Source of the DNA: Octopus sinensis
Lineage: Eukaryota
Direction: 5' to 3'
NCBI RefSeq assembly: GCF_006345805.1
Contig: NC_043000.1
Location: 3,720,001 to 3,784,000, forward strand
Length of the DNA stretch: 64,000 bases
Translations under genes and position numbers: made by a program
Notes under the pieces: model-generated
What the model was told of the DNA's origin: nothing
Databases searched by the model: none
Seen by the model: the letters and a program-made list of their open reading frames with translations, nothing else
In this document: positions 13,015 to 25,290 of the stretch, piece by piece
How the letters are laid out: the number at the start of each line of letters is the position of its first letter
Numbering within the stretch: position 1 is the first letter of the stretch

Positions 13015-13427
13015 AGAGTTCATGAAAAAAACAAAAGACAAAGACAGGTGGCGTACAAAACAAACAGATGTATTAGTATAACGCTCAGGAATTGAAAAAA
13101 GTCTTTAGCGTTTCGAGCCTATGCTCTTCTACAGAAAGGGGCACAGAAAAAAACAAGGAGAGAAACAAGGAGAGAAAAAAAATGTGTGCAGTGGCTACCA
13201 ATGTGTGTATATATTTGTGTGTGTCTGTGTTTGTCCCCACACCATCCCTTGACAACCGACGTTGGTGTGTTTACATCCCCGTAACTTAGGGGTTCCGTAA
13301 AAGCAACTGATAGGCTAAGTATTAGGCTAACAAAGAATAAGTCCTGGGGTCAATTTGTTCAACTAAAGGCGGTGCTCCAGCATGGCCACAGTCAAATGAC
13401 TGAAAAAAGTAAAAGAATAAAAGAATA
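12809..13427 (+). mobile_element. SINE family A interrupted by a Penelope-like tail
   Basis: The 5' and 3' halves of family A are separated at the internal (TA)n by 13011-13201. Confidence 0.9.
13011..13201 (-). mobile_element. Penelope-like element tail (pLTR fragment) with hammerhead-like motif
   Basis: Minus strand cttt CTGTAGAA GAGC atag GCTC GAAAC GCT aaag at 13138-13103. Homologous to 45172-45360 and abuts (TA)n. The Penelope-like assignment is inferred from this architecture. Confidence 0.65.
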
Positions 13428-14109
13428 GAATACACACACACACAGAGAAGTGGAAGAACAGATAAAAAAAAGTAACAGGCTGATTAAGTTCCACATTACA
13501 TAAAATATTTTTAGCAAAGCTATGTGGAACTGTGTCAGCCTATTACTAGTGTGTGTGTGTGTGTGTTGTAACTAGCCAAGGTATATATTTGATATATGCA
13601 TATCAATGTATCAGTCAAAACTCTCCAAATGGGCTTGTCTCCTACAATCTTCTGTTATTAATTCGTTTTGTTTGTCTATGGGTGTGTAACAATACATGTT
13701 ATGCAAATTTAACATTATTTAGAAATTTATAGAATCAATATTCCAAAATATTTTTCCATTTAAGTATTTTGTGGTTTATGGAAAAACCATTTATTGCTCA
13801 TTTAAAAGAAAATTTACAAGAAAAAACTTAATGTATTTATTTTTTCATATACAGAGAAATAAATAACAGTATGTATACACAAATATAACTTGGTAGGACA
13901 TATTTCACTGCATAATCTATGGCTTACATAAATTCTTATTAACAGATGATCAAAATTGCAAAACTACATTAGATTTATTCTTCTAACTGCTCTCAGCAAA
14001 ATTGTTTATTTAAAGATTGGATAAAATACTAAGAAATTTGTACTGGATTCAGGCATTTAAATATTGCGAAATGAAAAATGATAATAACCATTCCCTCTCT
14101 CAGTCTCTC

Positions 14110-14340
14110 TTTTAAAGATTTTCTGAATTGTTCAGACATGTCGCAAGCATATCATATCTGCATATATTGAAACTGTTTCGATTTCCTACATTCTCATTTA
14201 TCAGAGAGCCTAACATCAAAGATCCTAATATCAAAGATCTAAATTCCTTCAAAATCAGATTGAGCGAGTTCTTAAAATTCATCACAAACCAGCAGCATGC
14301 AAATCAAAAGGCTGCCTAAAACTGCTGCTTCAAACATGAA
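14110..14340 (+). mobile_element. Possible degraded CR1/L2-group LINE C-terminal fragment
   Basis: LKLF...FIRE...KDLNSFKIRLSEFLKFI resembles the PKLFNxLPxxIR...FKxxLDxFL ending. Weak match. Confidence 0.4.
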
Positions 14341-14443
14341 CAGAATTATATATGGTGAGGATTCATCCAAATAGAATATTTGTCTAAAACAGATAAGACA
14401 GCTACAAGCAACATCATTGCAAACAATAATAATACACACATGT

Positions 14444-14608
14444 CCATGGTGGTGTGTTTACATCCCCGTAAGTTAGCGGTTCGGCAAAAGAGACTGATAG
14501 ATTAAGTACTAGGCTTACAAAGAATAAGTCCTGGGGTCAATTTGTTCGACTAAAGGTGGTGCTCCAGCATGGCAACAGTCACATGACTGAAACAAGTAAA
14601 AGAATGAA
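14444..14608 (+). mobile_element. SINE family A, 3' half
   Basis: ggtgtgtttacatccccgtaagttagcggttcggcaaaagagac...gaaacaagtaaaagaat. Confidence 0.88.
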
Positions 14609-15499
14609 TATGGTGTCTGTTAATCTGTCAAAAAAATATTCTTTGTTGTAAAAAAAAAATCAATTTTTAATGAAGGGGGTGATTTATTTAAAGGAAAAAC
14701 TAAATTATCTTTTTACTTTCTTTACATTTAGGTATTTATAGCCTAAAAGTAGGGAAGTTGCATTAGTAGAATGATGAAGTGTTTCTCCCCACTTTTGGAA
14801 AGCAGTTTGTTCTCATGTTATTTAAAGCTTAAAATAAAGATCCCTACCTTCCCCCTTCATCATACACACACACTTCAGTTGATAGAAATATCAATAAATT
14901 TCTTAATACCTGAAATTAAGTTACATTTATTGACTTTTGAAATACCATATTTTGTGCTATTGGTGCTAGTGACATTTCACAGTGTCTTTATTGTATTTTA
15001 TTATAAACCTTACAAACTGACATCAAACATCTAAATCACGGTGATTTAATGGTAGAATCCAGCTTTGTATGAAACATGACACCTAAATATATCCATATAA
15101 TATGATGACTCTAATCCATCCTATTTAAGTTATTGTATAAATGTAATTCTATAGGAATAATCTATAAATTGACATGACAGTTAATATCAAGAACCTGTGG
15201 AACCTAACAACGACAGGAAACTGGTTCAGCTCCTTTATTACTTTCTAGTAATGTCAGTTTATTAAAATTAGAATTTTACAGACTATTAACCTCATCTTTA
15301 TATACATTCAATATATTTATATTTATATTATGTATGTCTACTCAAGTAGATGTAAATACTGTATATAACTATAGACTCCGTAGAAGATGAGGTAAATGTT
15401 CTAGAAAAATTATAACATCTTAATAATAGCAAGTTATCTAATTATCTAAGATGTTTAGATGCTTACACTATTGTGATTCTATTCGTCTTTATCCATCTT

Positions 15500-16115
15500 T
15501 TAGCTTATATTTGTTTCAGTCATAAACACTGCAGTTACACTCGAAGAGTTTATATGAATAAATTGCACCCGGTACTTATTTTTAAATCTGGTACTTATTA
15601 TTTTGGTAGCTTTTGTCAAGCTGCTAAGTTACAGGGACATAAACAAACAAACACAAGTTGCCATGAGGTGAAATGGGGATAAATAGAAACACACACACAC
15701 ACACATATATGTATTCTGTGCCGGTGGCACGTAAAAAGCACCAACTGATCGTGGCCGTTGCCAGCCTCCCCTGGCACCTGTGCCAGTGGCATGTAAAAAT
15801 CACCCACTACACTCACGGAGTGGTTGGCGTTAGGAAGGGCATCCAGCTGTAGAAACACTGCCAGATCAGACTGGAGCCCGGTGCAGCCTCCTGGCTCCCC
15901 AGACCCCAGTCGAACCGTCCAACCCATGCTAGCATGGAAAACGGACATTAAAGGATGATGATGATGATGATGAACTTCCAAGCAGTTTCCACCAACCAAA
16001 TTCACTCTCAAGGAACTGGTTAACTTGGGGCTAAAACAGAAGACACTTGCCAAAGATATTGCACAGTGGGACTGAACCTGAAAACATGTGGTTTCAAAGC
16101 AAGCTTCTTAACCAA
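15500..16115 (-). mobile_element. Degraded SINE family A split by an RTE 3' end
   Basis: 3' half at 15500-15715 and 5' half at 15975-16115. Confidence 0.7.
15716..15973 (+). mobile_element. RTE LINE 3' UTR fragment (family C) with (GAT)n tail
   Basis: gtgccggtggcacgtaaaaagcacc...ggcgttaggaagggcatccagctgtagaaac...ccatgctagcatgg...gatgatgatg. The same sequence is contiguous with an RTE ORF at 61848-62330. Confidence 0.88.
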
Positions 16116-16722
16116 ACAGTTATATTGAAATGCTCTTCCAAATTCCTCGTCTTTCAGTCATTTTGTTGTCTTTCTTTCTACAGCTGTTGTAATTGTATAG
16201 CCACAGGTCATCCCTGATTGGGCACATCTATGGCACACAGACAGCAATCGATGAGTGAGGTAGTAGATCAATACCATATGCATGTATACTCTGCCATTTC
16301 TCTTCAACTAATGCCCCTTAGTAAACACATCAATGATACAAAAATCTCATTCACATCTGCCTGCTGTCAAGAGAAATTAATATCTATATTGAATAATTTT
16401 ATTTAATATACATGTATTTGAAGGCGATATATCAGTAGATTGCAGTGAAGGATTTACATGTCTTGGAAGGTATCTTACTAAACTAATCACTAGTTAGGAA
16501 GTTTAGGCCCTGAAGACATCTTCTATAACTAACAAGTTTAACTAAATATTTTATTAGTAAAAATAAGCATGTGTATTATGTGTATATGTGTGTACATGTA
16601 TCTGTATACATAGATATGATCACACTGCACAGCAACTTCAACAGGTATCTTCATTTAGCAAAAGCCCTCTGAGCGAAATTTGATAAACAGAAAATGTACA
16701 AAAGCTTGTCAGATATATGTTC

Positions 16723-16754
<32 letters not shown>

Positions 16755-17720
16755 TTCCATGTGTGTGTGTGAGTGTGTGTGTGTGTGTGTGTACATATAT
16801 ATAATCACACAGCACAGTAACTTCAGCAGGTATTTTCATTTAACCAAAGCCTTCTAAGCAAAATTTTTATAAACAGAAAATGTATGAAAGCCCGTCATGT
16901 GAGAGTGTGTGTGTGAGAGAAAGAGAAAGAAAGACAGAGAGAGGGATGAGAGGTGAGGAGGGGAGAGAGAGAATGAGAGAGATCATTTTCACATCCATTT
17001 TTCCATGCTTGCATGGGTCGCAAGGGTGTTCTCCAGCAGTGTCTCCTCACTATTTGTTGCAGTCTTTTGTGGGTACACCATATGGAATTTCAGCTTATTC
17101 TTGTCTTGCATCTCAAGTATGACCATTTCCTGATAGCACTATGATCATATATTCTTTTCAACAAACAAAATCATTAATCATAGTTAAATCTACTTCAGAA
17201 TTTCTTCATTCTAGACTTTGCTTCCATGTCTGGCATTTTCTCTCAAAGTCTTCAACAAATTCACCTGAGAACTATATCATCTAAATATAAGACAGAATCA
17301 GCTGAGAACTATGTTTTTGGCATATGAGTTCTGATGGGCAGACAATCTAAATCTTCACTCTATTGGGTAGGAGGACTACAATAAACAGAAGGCTGGTGAT
17401 GAAGTCCTAGTGGACCTCTACATGCATGCTAAATTCATCGCTGAGCTCATAGCTAACTCCCATCTTACTGACCGTACCACAGTTTGCATGGCTTTCATAA
17501 AGCATTTGTCTATCCCTATGTTTCTTAATGGCCACCACACTACAAAACATGGAATCCTCCAGATCAATGAATGCTAAATGTAGTCCCCCTAAGTACTCAG
17601 TTATATGCTGTCCTGATATGAACCCAAACTGCATCTTATCTACACCAATATTTTTTTCAAATAAATGTGCTTCAACTGTTTCAATAGCTAGCATAACCTG
17701 CCTCTGTTAATATGATTCCT

Positions 17721-18108
17721 TGGGAGGTGCAATGGCCCAGTGGTTAGGACAGCGGACTCGCGGTCATAGGATCGCGGTTTCGATTCCCAGACCGGGCGTT
17801 GTGAGTGTTTATTGAGCGAAAACACTTAAAAGCTCCACGAGGCTCCGGCAGGGGATGGTGGTGATCCCTGCTGTACTCTTTCACTACAACTTTCTCTCAC
17901 TCTTACTTCCTGTTTCTGTTGTACCTGTATTTCAAGGGGCCGGCCTTGTCACTCTGTGTCACGCTGAATATCCCCGAGAACTACGTTAAGGGTGCACGTG
18001 TCTGTGGAGTGCTCAGCCACTTACACGTTAATTTCACGAGCAGGCTGTTCCATTGATTCGGATCAACCGGAACCCTCATCGTCGTAACCGACGGAGTGCT
18101 TCCATTCC
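17721..18108 (+). mobile_element. tRNA-derived SINE family D with perfect 12-bp TSD
   Basis: A box tggcccagtgg and B box ggtttcgattccc. TSD aatatgattcct at 17709-17720 and 18109-18120. Confidence 0.9.
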
Positions 18109-18305
18109 AATATGATTCCTCTAAAGTTGCCTATCTCTAGAACATTTCCCTTGCTCTTATAACACTTGATGATTTTGCTCCCACCGGCCATTGGGTATGG
18201 CATTGCCCTGTTCTACCTGGTCCATTAAGCAAGTTACTTAACGCATGACCTACTTCTCCAGATATAGTGAGCATTCAGTGACTATATCTGATTATCCAAC
18301 TGCAT

Positions 18306-18680
18306 TCATCATCATCATCATCGTTTAGTGTCCGCTTTCCATGCTAGCATGGGTTGGATGGTTCTACTGGGGTCTGTGAAGCCAGAAGGCTTCATCAGGC
18401 CCAGTCAAATCTGGCAGTGTTTCTACGGCTAGATGCCCTTCCTAACGCCAACCACTCCGTGTAGTGGGTGCTTTTTACGTGCCACCTGCACAGGTGCCAG
18501 ACAGAGCTGGCAAACGGCCACGAACGGATGGTGCTTTTTATGTGCCACCGGCACGAGGGCCAGGCGAGGCTGGCAACGGACACGAAACGGGGCGGTGCTG
18601 GCAACGGACACGAAATGGGGCGGTGCTGGCAACGGTCACGAAACGGAAGGTTCTCTTACATGCCACCGGCACTGGTAACA
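18306..18680 (-). mobile_element. RTE 3' UTR fragment (family C) with internal tandem repeats
   Basis: (CAT)n tail, ccatgctagcatgg, and three ~26-bp ctggcaacggacacgaaacggggcggtg-type units. Confidence 0.88.
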
Positions 18681-19609
18681 CATCTGCAATTTCCATTGAC
18701 CGATTTCCATTGATCGATTTCGATTCATATCTTTAATTATATTTACAACCATATAGTAGCCAATTTTAAGACCCGATTTCTCTGTTGAGCCTACTTAGAG
18801 TAAACAAAATTCTCTCAAGCAACCCCTTCACTCAACAACCTTTTGTAGTAGTATTGCTATACCTCTTCCTTTACAGCATCATTGATAGCATGTTCACTTC
18901 TATCACTCTAAATGCACTTCTAAGACATCTCCATTTTTTCTGGTACATTTCTTTGAAATCTAGAATAACTCATGTTTCTTATCCTTTCATGGTAGTACAT
19001 GAACATATTTTTAACTTTTAGCTTCTCCACTTACTAAGTACAACTAGTGCCAAACTACTTGTTCTTTACCTTTCCCTAGTTTTTACAGGCTTATTTAGTA
19101 TACCAACAAGGCACCTATCTGACTGGAACCTTGCACCAACCACAGACTTCGGTCTGCTGCTTGCAACAGTTGTCTCATAGAAACTCCAAATCATCCCCTA
19201 TGTTATAAGTCTTTACCTGCTTCCTCCCTCTTGTCACATATACTGTACTTCTTTGAACCAAAAACTTGTTGAAGGACCTTTCAGTTCTCTATCTTCCTTC
19301 TCACGGTAGTTTTGTATTTCTGAGTACCTTAAGCTCTTACTCTGATGTCCGGCCCCTCCCTTTGGTGCTTCTACAAAGAAATTTTGAAAAGTTCCCCCAG
19401 TTCTGAAAAAAATCGATAGATTCGACATGGGGTCGAGAATCTCAGCTTTTTATATGCAACACATTTTCTGTTGTAGTTTTCGCAACTTGCAATCAATTTT
19501 CACGAAACTCATGGTGAAGCTTAATGTTACCCTAAGAAACTTAATTCTGATGTTAGTTTTCAATGCAATACCTTACCATCAGAAAAAATCGATAAAATCA
19601 TGCCATTTT

Positions 19610-19945
19610 GGGAAATAAGGTGGTTCGGTCATGCGGCCCAGTGTCCAGAGGGTGAGCTGATTCACGATGTCCTCCTCCCACCTCCACTTCCCAGCTGGCA
19701 CAAACGCATGGGTGGACAGCTGAAGACCTGGGCAATGACGATAAAGGAGGACCTCTCCGAACTCTCAGGTCCGCAAGTAGTCGGTCTGCGCAGATGGAAC
19801 CGAGAATGGCTCACTATCTCCAGTGACCTCGCACGGGACCGTCGAGCGTGGGTCGCCATGGTTCGTGATGCCGTTAGGACTAGAGAAGAAGCCGGCTCAA
19901 CTCGCCCTTGGTGAACGCCATCACAAGTACAAGTAAAGTAAGTTA
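19610..19945 (+). mobile_element. 5'-truncated RTE-clade LINE 3' end, second family, (CAAGTA)-type tail
   Basis: Uninterrupted RWFGHAAQCPEGELIHDVLLP...GGQLKTWAMTIKEDL...LARDRRAWVAMVRDAV...GSTRPW*, then caagtacaagtaaagtaagt. Confidence 0.9.
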
Positions 19946-20452
19946 CTCTAATGTCATTGATCACTTATGAATGTAGAGTCGTACATTTTGCACAAGGCAA
20001 AAATGCAGCATTCACATCTGTCTATCCCATGTGTACAGTTCATCGTGGCTCACAGATTTCCTGACGTTAGTGTTACAAATCGTTAGGTCATTTGTATCAC
20101 GGAACTCCAGGAGCAGATATATCATTGTGTGGAAAGCAGAATCAGAAGAGCATTGGATAAAATACCTTATGGTACTCGGTTACATCTCTAACATTCCTTC
20201 ATCCAAGATTAATAAGTATTAGCCAAAGTGAAAAAAAAAATAATCATAATAAATCTACATTTCTCACTTGCAATCAATAACTTGATAGCATGTACCATCC
20301 TTTTGCTAATTGTTTGAAATGCCTATACAATGACAAGCTGACACATTAACACTTCTGCTCTTCCTATTCAGGAAAACAGCAAGGATGTGAGACAGTGTGT
20401 GTGTGTGTGTGTGTAGGAGCTGCCCCATCACTGAGCAGGTATTATATTTTTA

Positions 20453-20686
20453 TGAAGGCGGCGAGCTGGCAGAAATGTTAGCATGCCGGGCGAAATGCTT
20501 AGCGGTATTTCGTCTGCCGTTACGTTGTGAGTTCAAATTCCGCCGAGGTTGACTTTGCCTTTCATCCTTTCGGGGTCGATAAATTAAGTACCAGTTCCGC
20601 ACTGGGGTCGATGTAATCGACTTAATACCTATGTCTGTCCTTGTTTGTCCCCTCTAAGTCTAGCCCCTTGTGGATAATAAAGAAAT
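20453..20686 (+). mobile_element. SINE family B, full length, 16-bp TSD
   Basis: TSD aggtattatattttta at 20437-20452 and 20687-20702. Confidence 0.93.
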
Positions 20687-20857
20687 AGGTATTATATTTT
20701 TAAAATTGACCTCTATGGGAAGTGAACTTTGAACTCAGAGAAGTGGAACAAATGTTGCAACACATTTTGTCTGATGCTTGAATGATTACCAGTCAAAGTA
20801 ATGGGCTCAATATAATCTATTAAAGTTGTAGTTCAATGATCGAAACTAGTTATATAC

Positions 20858-21192
20858 ATATACATATATGCATATATATATATGTGTGTACATATACATA
20901 CAGTATGTATATGTGCATATACATATATACATATATATACATATACATACATATACAAATATATATGTACATATACATATATACATATATATACATATGC
21001 ATACATATACATACATATACAAATATATATATGTACATATACATATTATATATGTTTACATATACATACTTATACAAATATATATGTACATATACATTAT
21101 GTATGTATGGATATACATACATACATACATACATACATACATACGTACATACATACATACCTACATACATACATACATACACAAATATATAA
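20858..21192. repeat. Complex (TA)/(CATA) microsatellite
   Basis: Read directly from the sequence. Confidence 0.95.
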
Positions 21193-21611
21193 AGGAATCC
21201 TGTAGAACAGTGACTCACGTGGCACTTATATGTGAGAGCTAGAAAAGGCGAGGAAAGAAAGGAGAGCAACGCACTGAAGTGTGTAATAGTTTTGAGTGAT
21301 TACTGAATCTTACATTATGAAAGATAAATGTTCAATTTTTGAGATGAATAAAAGCTTTAAAAATAATGAAAGCTATCATTAATACCAGGATTATATATTT
21401 CTTGTATCTTGTCTCTTCAAGTTATCAAGTCATTATTAACTGGTTGTTAAGAATCAAAGGAAAAGAATATAAAGAGAGATGTTAAAAAGTGGGATCAATA
21501 AACTCATTTGATGTGCGCATATGAGTCTGTCTATCATTCCCTCTCCACACTCTGGCCAGCACCCTACCTTTCTCTAACTCTTTTCCGCTCTACCTTTCTG
21601 TTTTTTAATTA

Positions 21612-21812
<201 letters not shown>

Positions 21813-22025
21813 TTGATATGTATAGAAGAAACATGCAATAAAACTATTACTAGCTGGTAAGTTGTTTTATTTGATCATAATACTACATAGTTAACCTTTC
21901 AAAATACGAAACTTAAAATATTTTAAGATACAGGGTCCCACAAGGAAGCCTGACAATTTTAAAACAGTGGTAATTTGTCTGATGGAAATGAGGGGAAGTT
22001 GAGCAGCACATATTCAGTGATGTTG

Positions 22026-22127
22026 AGTATAAGTACTGGGCTTACAAAGAATAAGTCCCGGGGTCGATTTGCTCGACTAAAGGCATTGCTCCAGCATGGC
22101 CCCAGTCAAATGACTGAAACAAGTAAA
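22026..22127 (+). mobile_element. SINE family A, 3' fragment
   Basis: ataagtactgggcttacaaagaataagtcccggggtcgatttgctcgac...gaaacaagtaaa. Confidence 0.88.
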
Positions 22128-22700
22128 TGTGATTTTGTGATTTTGTTATCTATGAAGCAGTGGATGCACAAAATAGCTCTTTTGCAATCAATATCTATTT
22201 TAAAAAATCATGACTGTGTTACTCAAATGAAGTGAAATTTTCACTGGTATCTTATTGTGGATAATCACTGAAAAGTGTCTAACTAGAATTTCTATATTGT
22301 TATGAGCAGAAAACTTCAGGTTGGCCAGTTCCGTATTGAAAAAGAAAATATGGAGTGTGTTTGAAGTGTCCAAATACTGGAGATTATTGAGGCATCATTG
22401 TTCTGTATCAAACCATTGCGCTACACTAAGCATTTCAGATCAATGAGCAAAATATATTGCACCATTTTTACAATTTTAATCCTTATAAGACTATGACTGC
22501 ATGAAATATAGCAATGAGATTGGAAATCTGGAAAACACTAGCAAAAAATATGCTTGCAACGTGACCAGATAACTTCTTTTTTTACTTCATGGATGACAGA
22601 GTGTGTTCCCATCTATTTTATTATGTAAATAAGTGAAACTTCCACTATTGAATGGACAGCAAACAACAACAACTTCACGGACAGCTCCTTCACTGCTTAC

Positions 22701-22843
22701 ATGCAACAGTGAGGAGCTTTGTAGCAAATTTTGGTGTGAGAGATCCATATTTCTGTAAAAAGGGCAGATATTTCTTAACAGAAAATGCTGATGGCTTTGT
22801 GATCATGTTGCATAAATTCCTGTATTCATTTCTTTGCCTGACT
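22701..22843 (-). CDS. Speculative internal exon of the minus-strand gene
   Basis: Acceptor tttatccccattgctacag and donor GTAAGC. The 143-nt frame is open and phase-compatible with the 51590 exon: (R)VRQRNEYRNLCNMITKPSAFSVKKYLPFLQKYGSLTPKFATKLLTVA. No homology recognised. Confidence 0.25.
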
Positions 22844-23279
22844 CTGTAGCAATGGGGATAAATAGATAGAATGGGTGGGAAGATGTGAAAGGCAATAAAA
22901 CAAAGGAAAAGCAGAGAGCAAGGTAAATAAAGAAGCTGTTAGAAGAGACAGGGTGAGTGAAGAACAAGCTGGGAAATTAAGAGAGAGGAACAGAGGGAGA
23001 ACTGGTGTAAGAGAATGAAAGAGTAAAGGTGAGAGGAGAGAAAGTATCAATACAAGATAGATAAAATAGTTACAAAACAGGTAGCATTCATTGTGTCTAA
23101 TAGCATTATATATATTCATCATCATCATTCATTCATCATCGTTTAATGTCCGTTTTCCATGCTAGCATGGGTTGGACGTATATATATATATATATATATA
23201 TATTTTGTCAGTGGATCATATATCCAAAAAACAAGCACACTCTAAAAGTTAGAACAGTAATGTATTTACATTACTGTAA

Positions 23280-23518
23280 GAAGTTAATTATATGGCCAGC
23301 CACACAGTGACCAATGATTTCACATCCATGAACCGCTTAGCCTTATAGATGACTTATCAGACTCCGATAGCTGTGGACATACAACCTCTCTTCAAATGTC
23401 CAGTTTGAAGAGAGGTTATAAGTTCACGGCCATCAGAGTCTGACATATCATCTATAAAGCTAAGTGCTTTATGGATGCAAAACCATTGGTCACTATGACT
23501 GGCCATATAATTAACTTC
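23280..23518. mobile_element. Fold-back (whole-length palindromic) MITE, probably Tc1/mariner-derived
   Basis: Arms gaagttaattatatggccag...caacctctcttcaaa and tttgaagagaggtt...ctggccatataattaacttc surround a 7-nt loop tgtccag. The right end is cctg|TA. Confidence 0.8.
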
Positions 23519-23554
23519 CTGTAAATATATATATATATATATTCACCAGTAATA

Positions 23555-23915
23555 CATAGAACTCAACTCTGTCAGTCATGAATGACCATGGGTGCACTTA
23601 AGAGGGTCCCCTCTGGGGTACAAGTCTGGACAGAAAGTCACCTCACCAGCGAATGCACAACATAGGGTTGTTTTTATGGAAGACTAGCAGTCGCTCATGC
23701 ATATCAGCCTCCTCTCTCCACACCACTGATGTTAACCAAGGGAAAGGCAAAGGCCGATACAGCTTGGCACTAGAGATGTCACAATTCATATCTACAGCTG
23801 AGTGAACTGGAGCAACATGAAGTAAAGTGTCTTGCTCAAGAAAACAACATGCAGCCGAGTTCGGGAATCAAACTCACAACTTTACGATCATAATCTCAAC
23901 ACACTAACCACTGAA
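23555..23915 (-). mobile_element. tRNA-derived SINE family F
   Basis: Reverse strand has agtggttagtgtgttgag...gtgagtttgattcccgaac...ttcttgagcaagacacttta. Related copies occur at 38445-38710 and 46745-47005. Confidence 0.7.
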
Positions 23916-24477
23916 AGTATTACAGTGTTACTGCACAAATTATAAGTGTGACCCACAATTGAGTTTCAATTATACCTTAATAATCTCAAAAATGCTGTAC
24001 TGTTGTTTCAGTCCCATAGAGACACTCGATAATAAAACATCAGTGAGTGACAAAACTATTTATAAATAATTTTTTGATCATCACTTGTGCAAAAGAATAG
24101 AAAAAGAATTTTGTATGATTTTTATATTGGAGAAAAAAATGTCACATTGTGTGGGCAAGTAAAAGCGTTATAACAATAATGTATAATGCATAGAGGAGGA
24201 GAGGTGTTATAATGGTATTATATAACCTGTGGAGGAGTAGAGATGTTCCTACAATACTGTACAGTGTGCCAACGTTTTGTAACAATATTTAATATCGTGA
24301 ACCATAGTAAATCTTGTAACAGTACTGTACAATATGTAGAGCCATAAAGATGTTGTAATAACATTCTAAAGCATGAAAAGTAGTAAACACTTCAAAATGT
24401 AACAATACTATAAAATATGTACAAGAGTAAATAAAAGTGTTCTAATATGTATAGTGTGAACAGAAGTAGAGATGTAA

Positions 24478-25118
24478 GGCGGCGAGCTGGCAGAAACGTT
24501 AGCACGCCGGGTGAAATGCTTAGCGGTATTTCGTCTGTCTTAACGTTCTGAGTTCAAATTCCGCTGAGGTCGACTTTGCCTTTCATCCTTTCGGGGTCGA
24601 TAAATTAACTACCAGTTAGGCGCAGGAGTGGCTGTGTGGTAAGTAGCTTGCTAACCAACCACATGGTTCCGGGTTCAGTCCCACTGAGTGGCACCTTGGG
24701 CAAGTGTCTTCTGATATAGCCCCGGGCCGACCAATGCCTTGTGAGTGGATTTGGTAGACGGAAACTGAAAGAAGCCCGTCGTATATATGTATATATATAT
24801 GTGTGTGTGCGTGTATGTTTGTGTGTCTGTGTTTGTCCCCCTAGCATTGCTTGACAACCGATGCTGGTGTGTTTACGTCCCCGTTACTTAGCGGTTCGGC
24901 AAAAGAGACCGATAGAATAAGTACTGGGCTTACAAAAGAATAAGTCCCGGGGTCGAGTTGCTCGATTAAAGGCGGTGCTCCAGCATGGCCGCAGTCAAAT
25001 GACTGAAACAAGTAAAAGAGTAAAGAGTAAAGAGAGGGTTGAGGTAATCAACTTAATCTCTTTGTCTGTCCTTGTTTGTCCCCTCTATGTTTAGCCCCTT
25101 GTGGGTAATAAAGAAATA
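24478..25118 (+). mobile_element. SINE family B with SINE family A (24619-25036) nested inside
   Basis: B 5' part 24478-24617, then a complete A copy, then B 3' part 25037-25118. Confidence 0.92.
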
Positions 25119-25290
25119 AGGAGTAGAGATGTTGTAACAATACTGTACAGTGTGCAGAGTGGTCAGTATTTTGACAGAACTGCACAGTGTTTAACAATGT
25201 TGTTAGGATATTGTACAATGTGTAGAGGAGCAGAAGCATGTGAAAACTATTGTACAATGTGTAGGAATAACAGAATTATGTTATATAAAG

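Larger units (their letters stand above)
16990..19600 (-). mobile_element. Old, degraded RTE LINE interrupted by two younger insertions
   Basis: Minus-strand remnants include DKMQFGFISG...LAFIDLE...SYELSDEFSMHVEVH, DMEAKSRM, NDAVKEEV*QYYYKRLL and GNAIPNGRW. Interrupted at 17721-18108 and 18306-18680. Confidence 0.75.

Noticed and set aside
17722-17800. tRNA-like sequence with A/B boxes and a GCG anticodon-like loop
   Set aside because: No acceptor-stem pairing, and it continues into a SINE body bounded by a TSD.
18385-18400. Minus-strand CUGAUGA followed by hairpin AGCC-uucu-GGCU
   Set aside because: No GAAA after the stem. It is a chance variant of the family C sequence ctggtgcagcc.
19218-19428. 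Exon-like segment with good acceptor and donor on the minus strand
   Set aside because: All three frames have stops, and it is collinear with the decayed RTE at 16990-19600.
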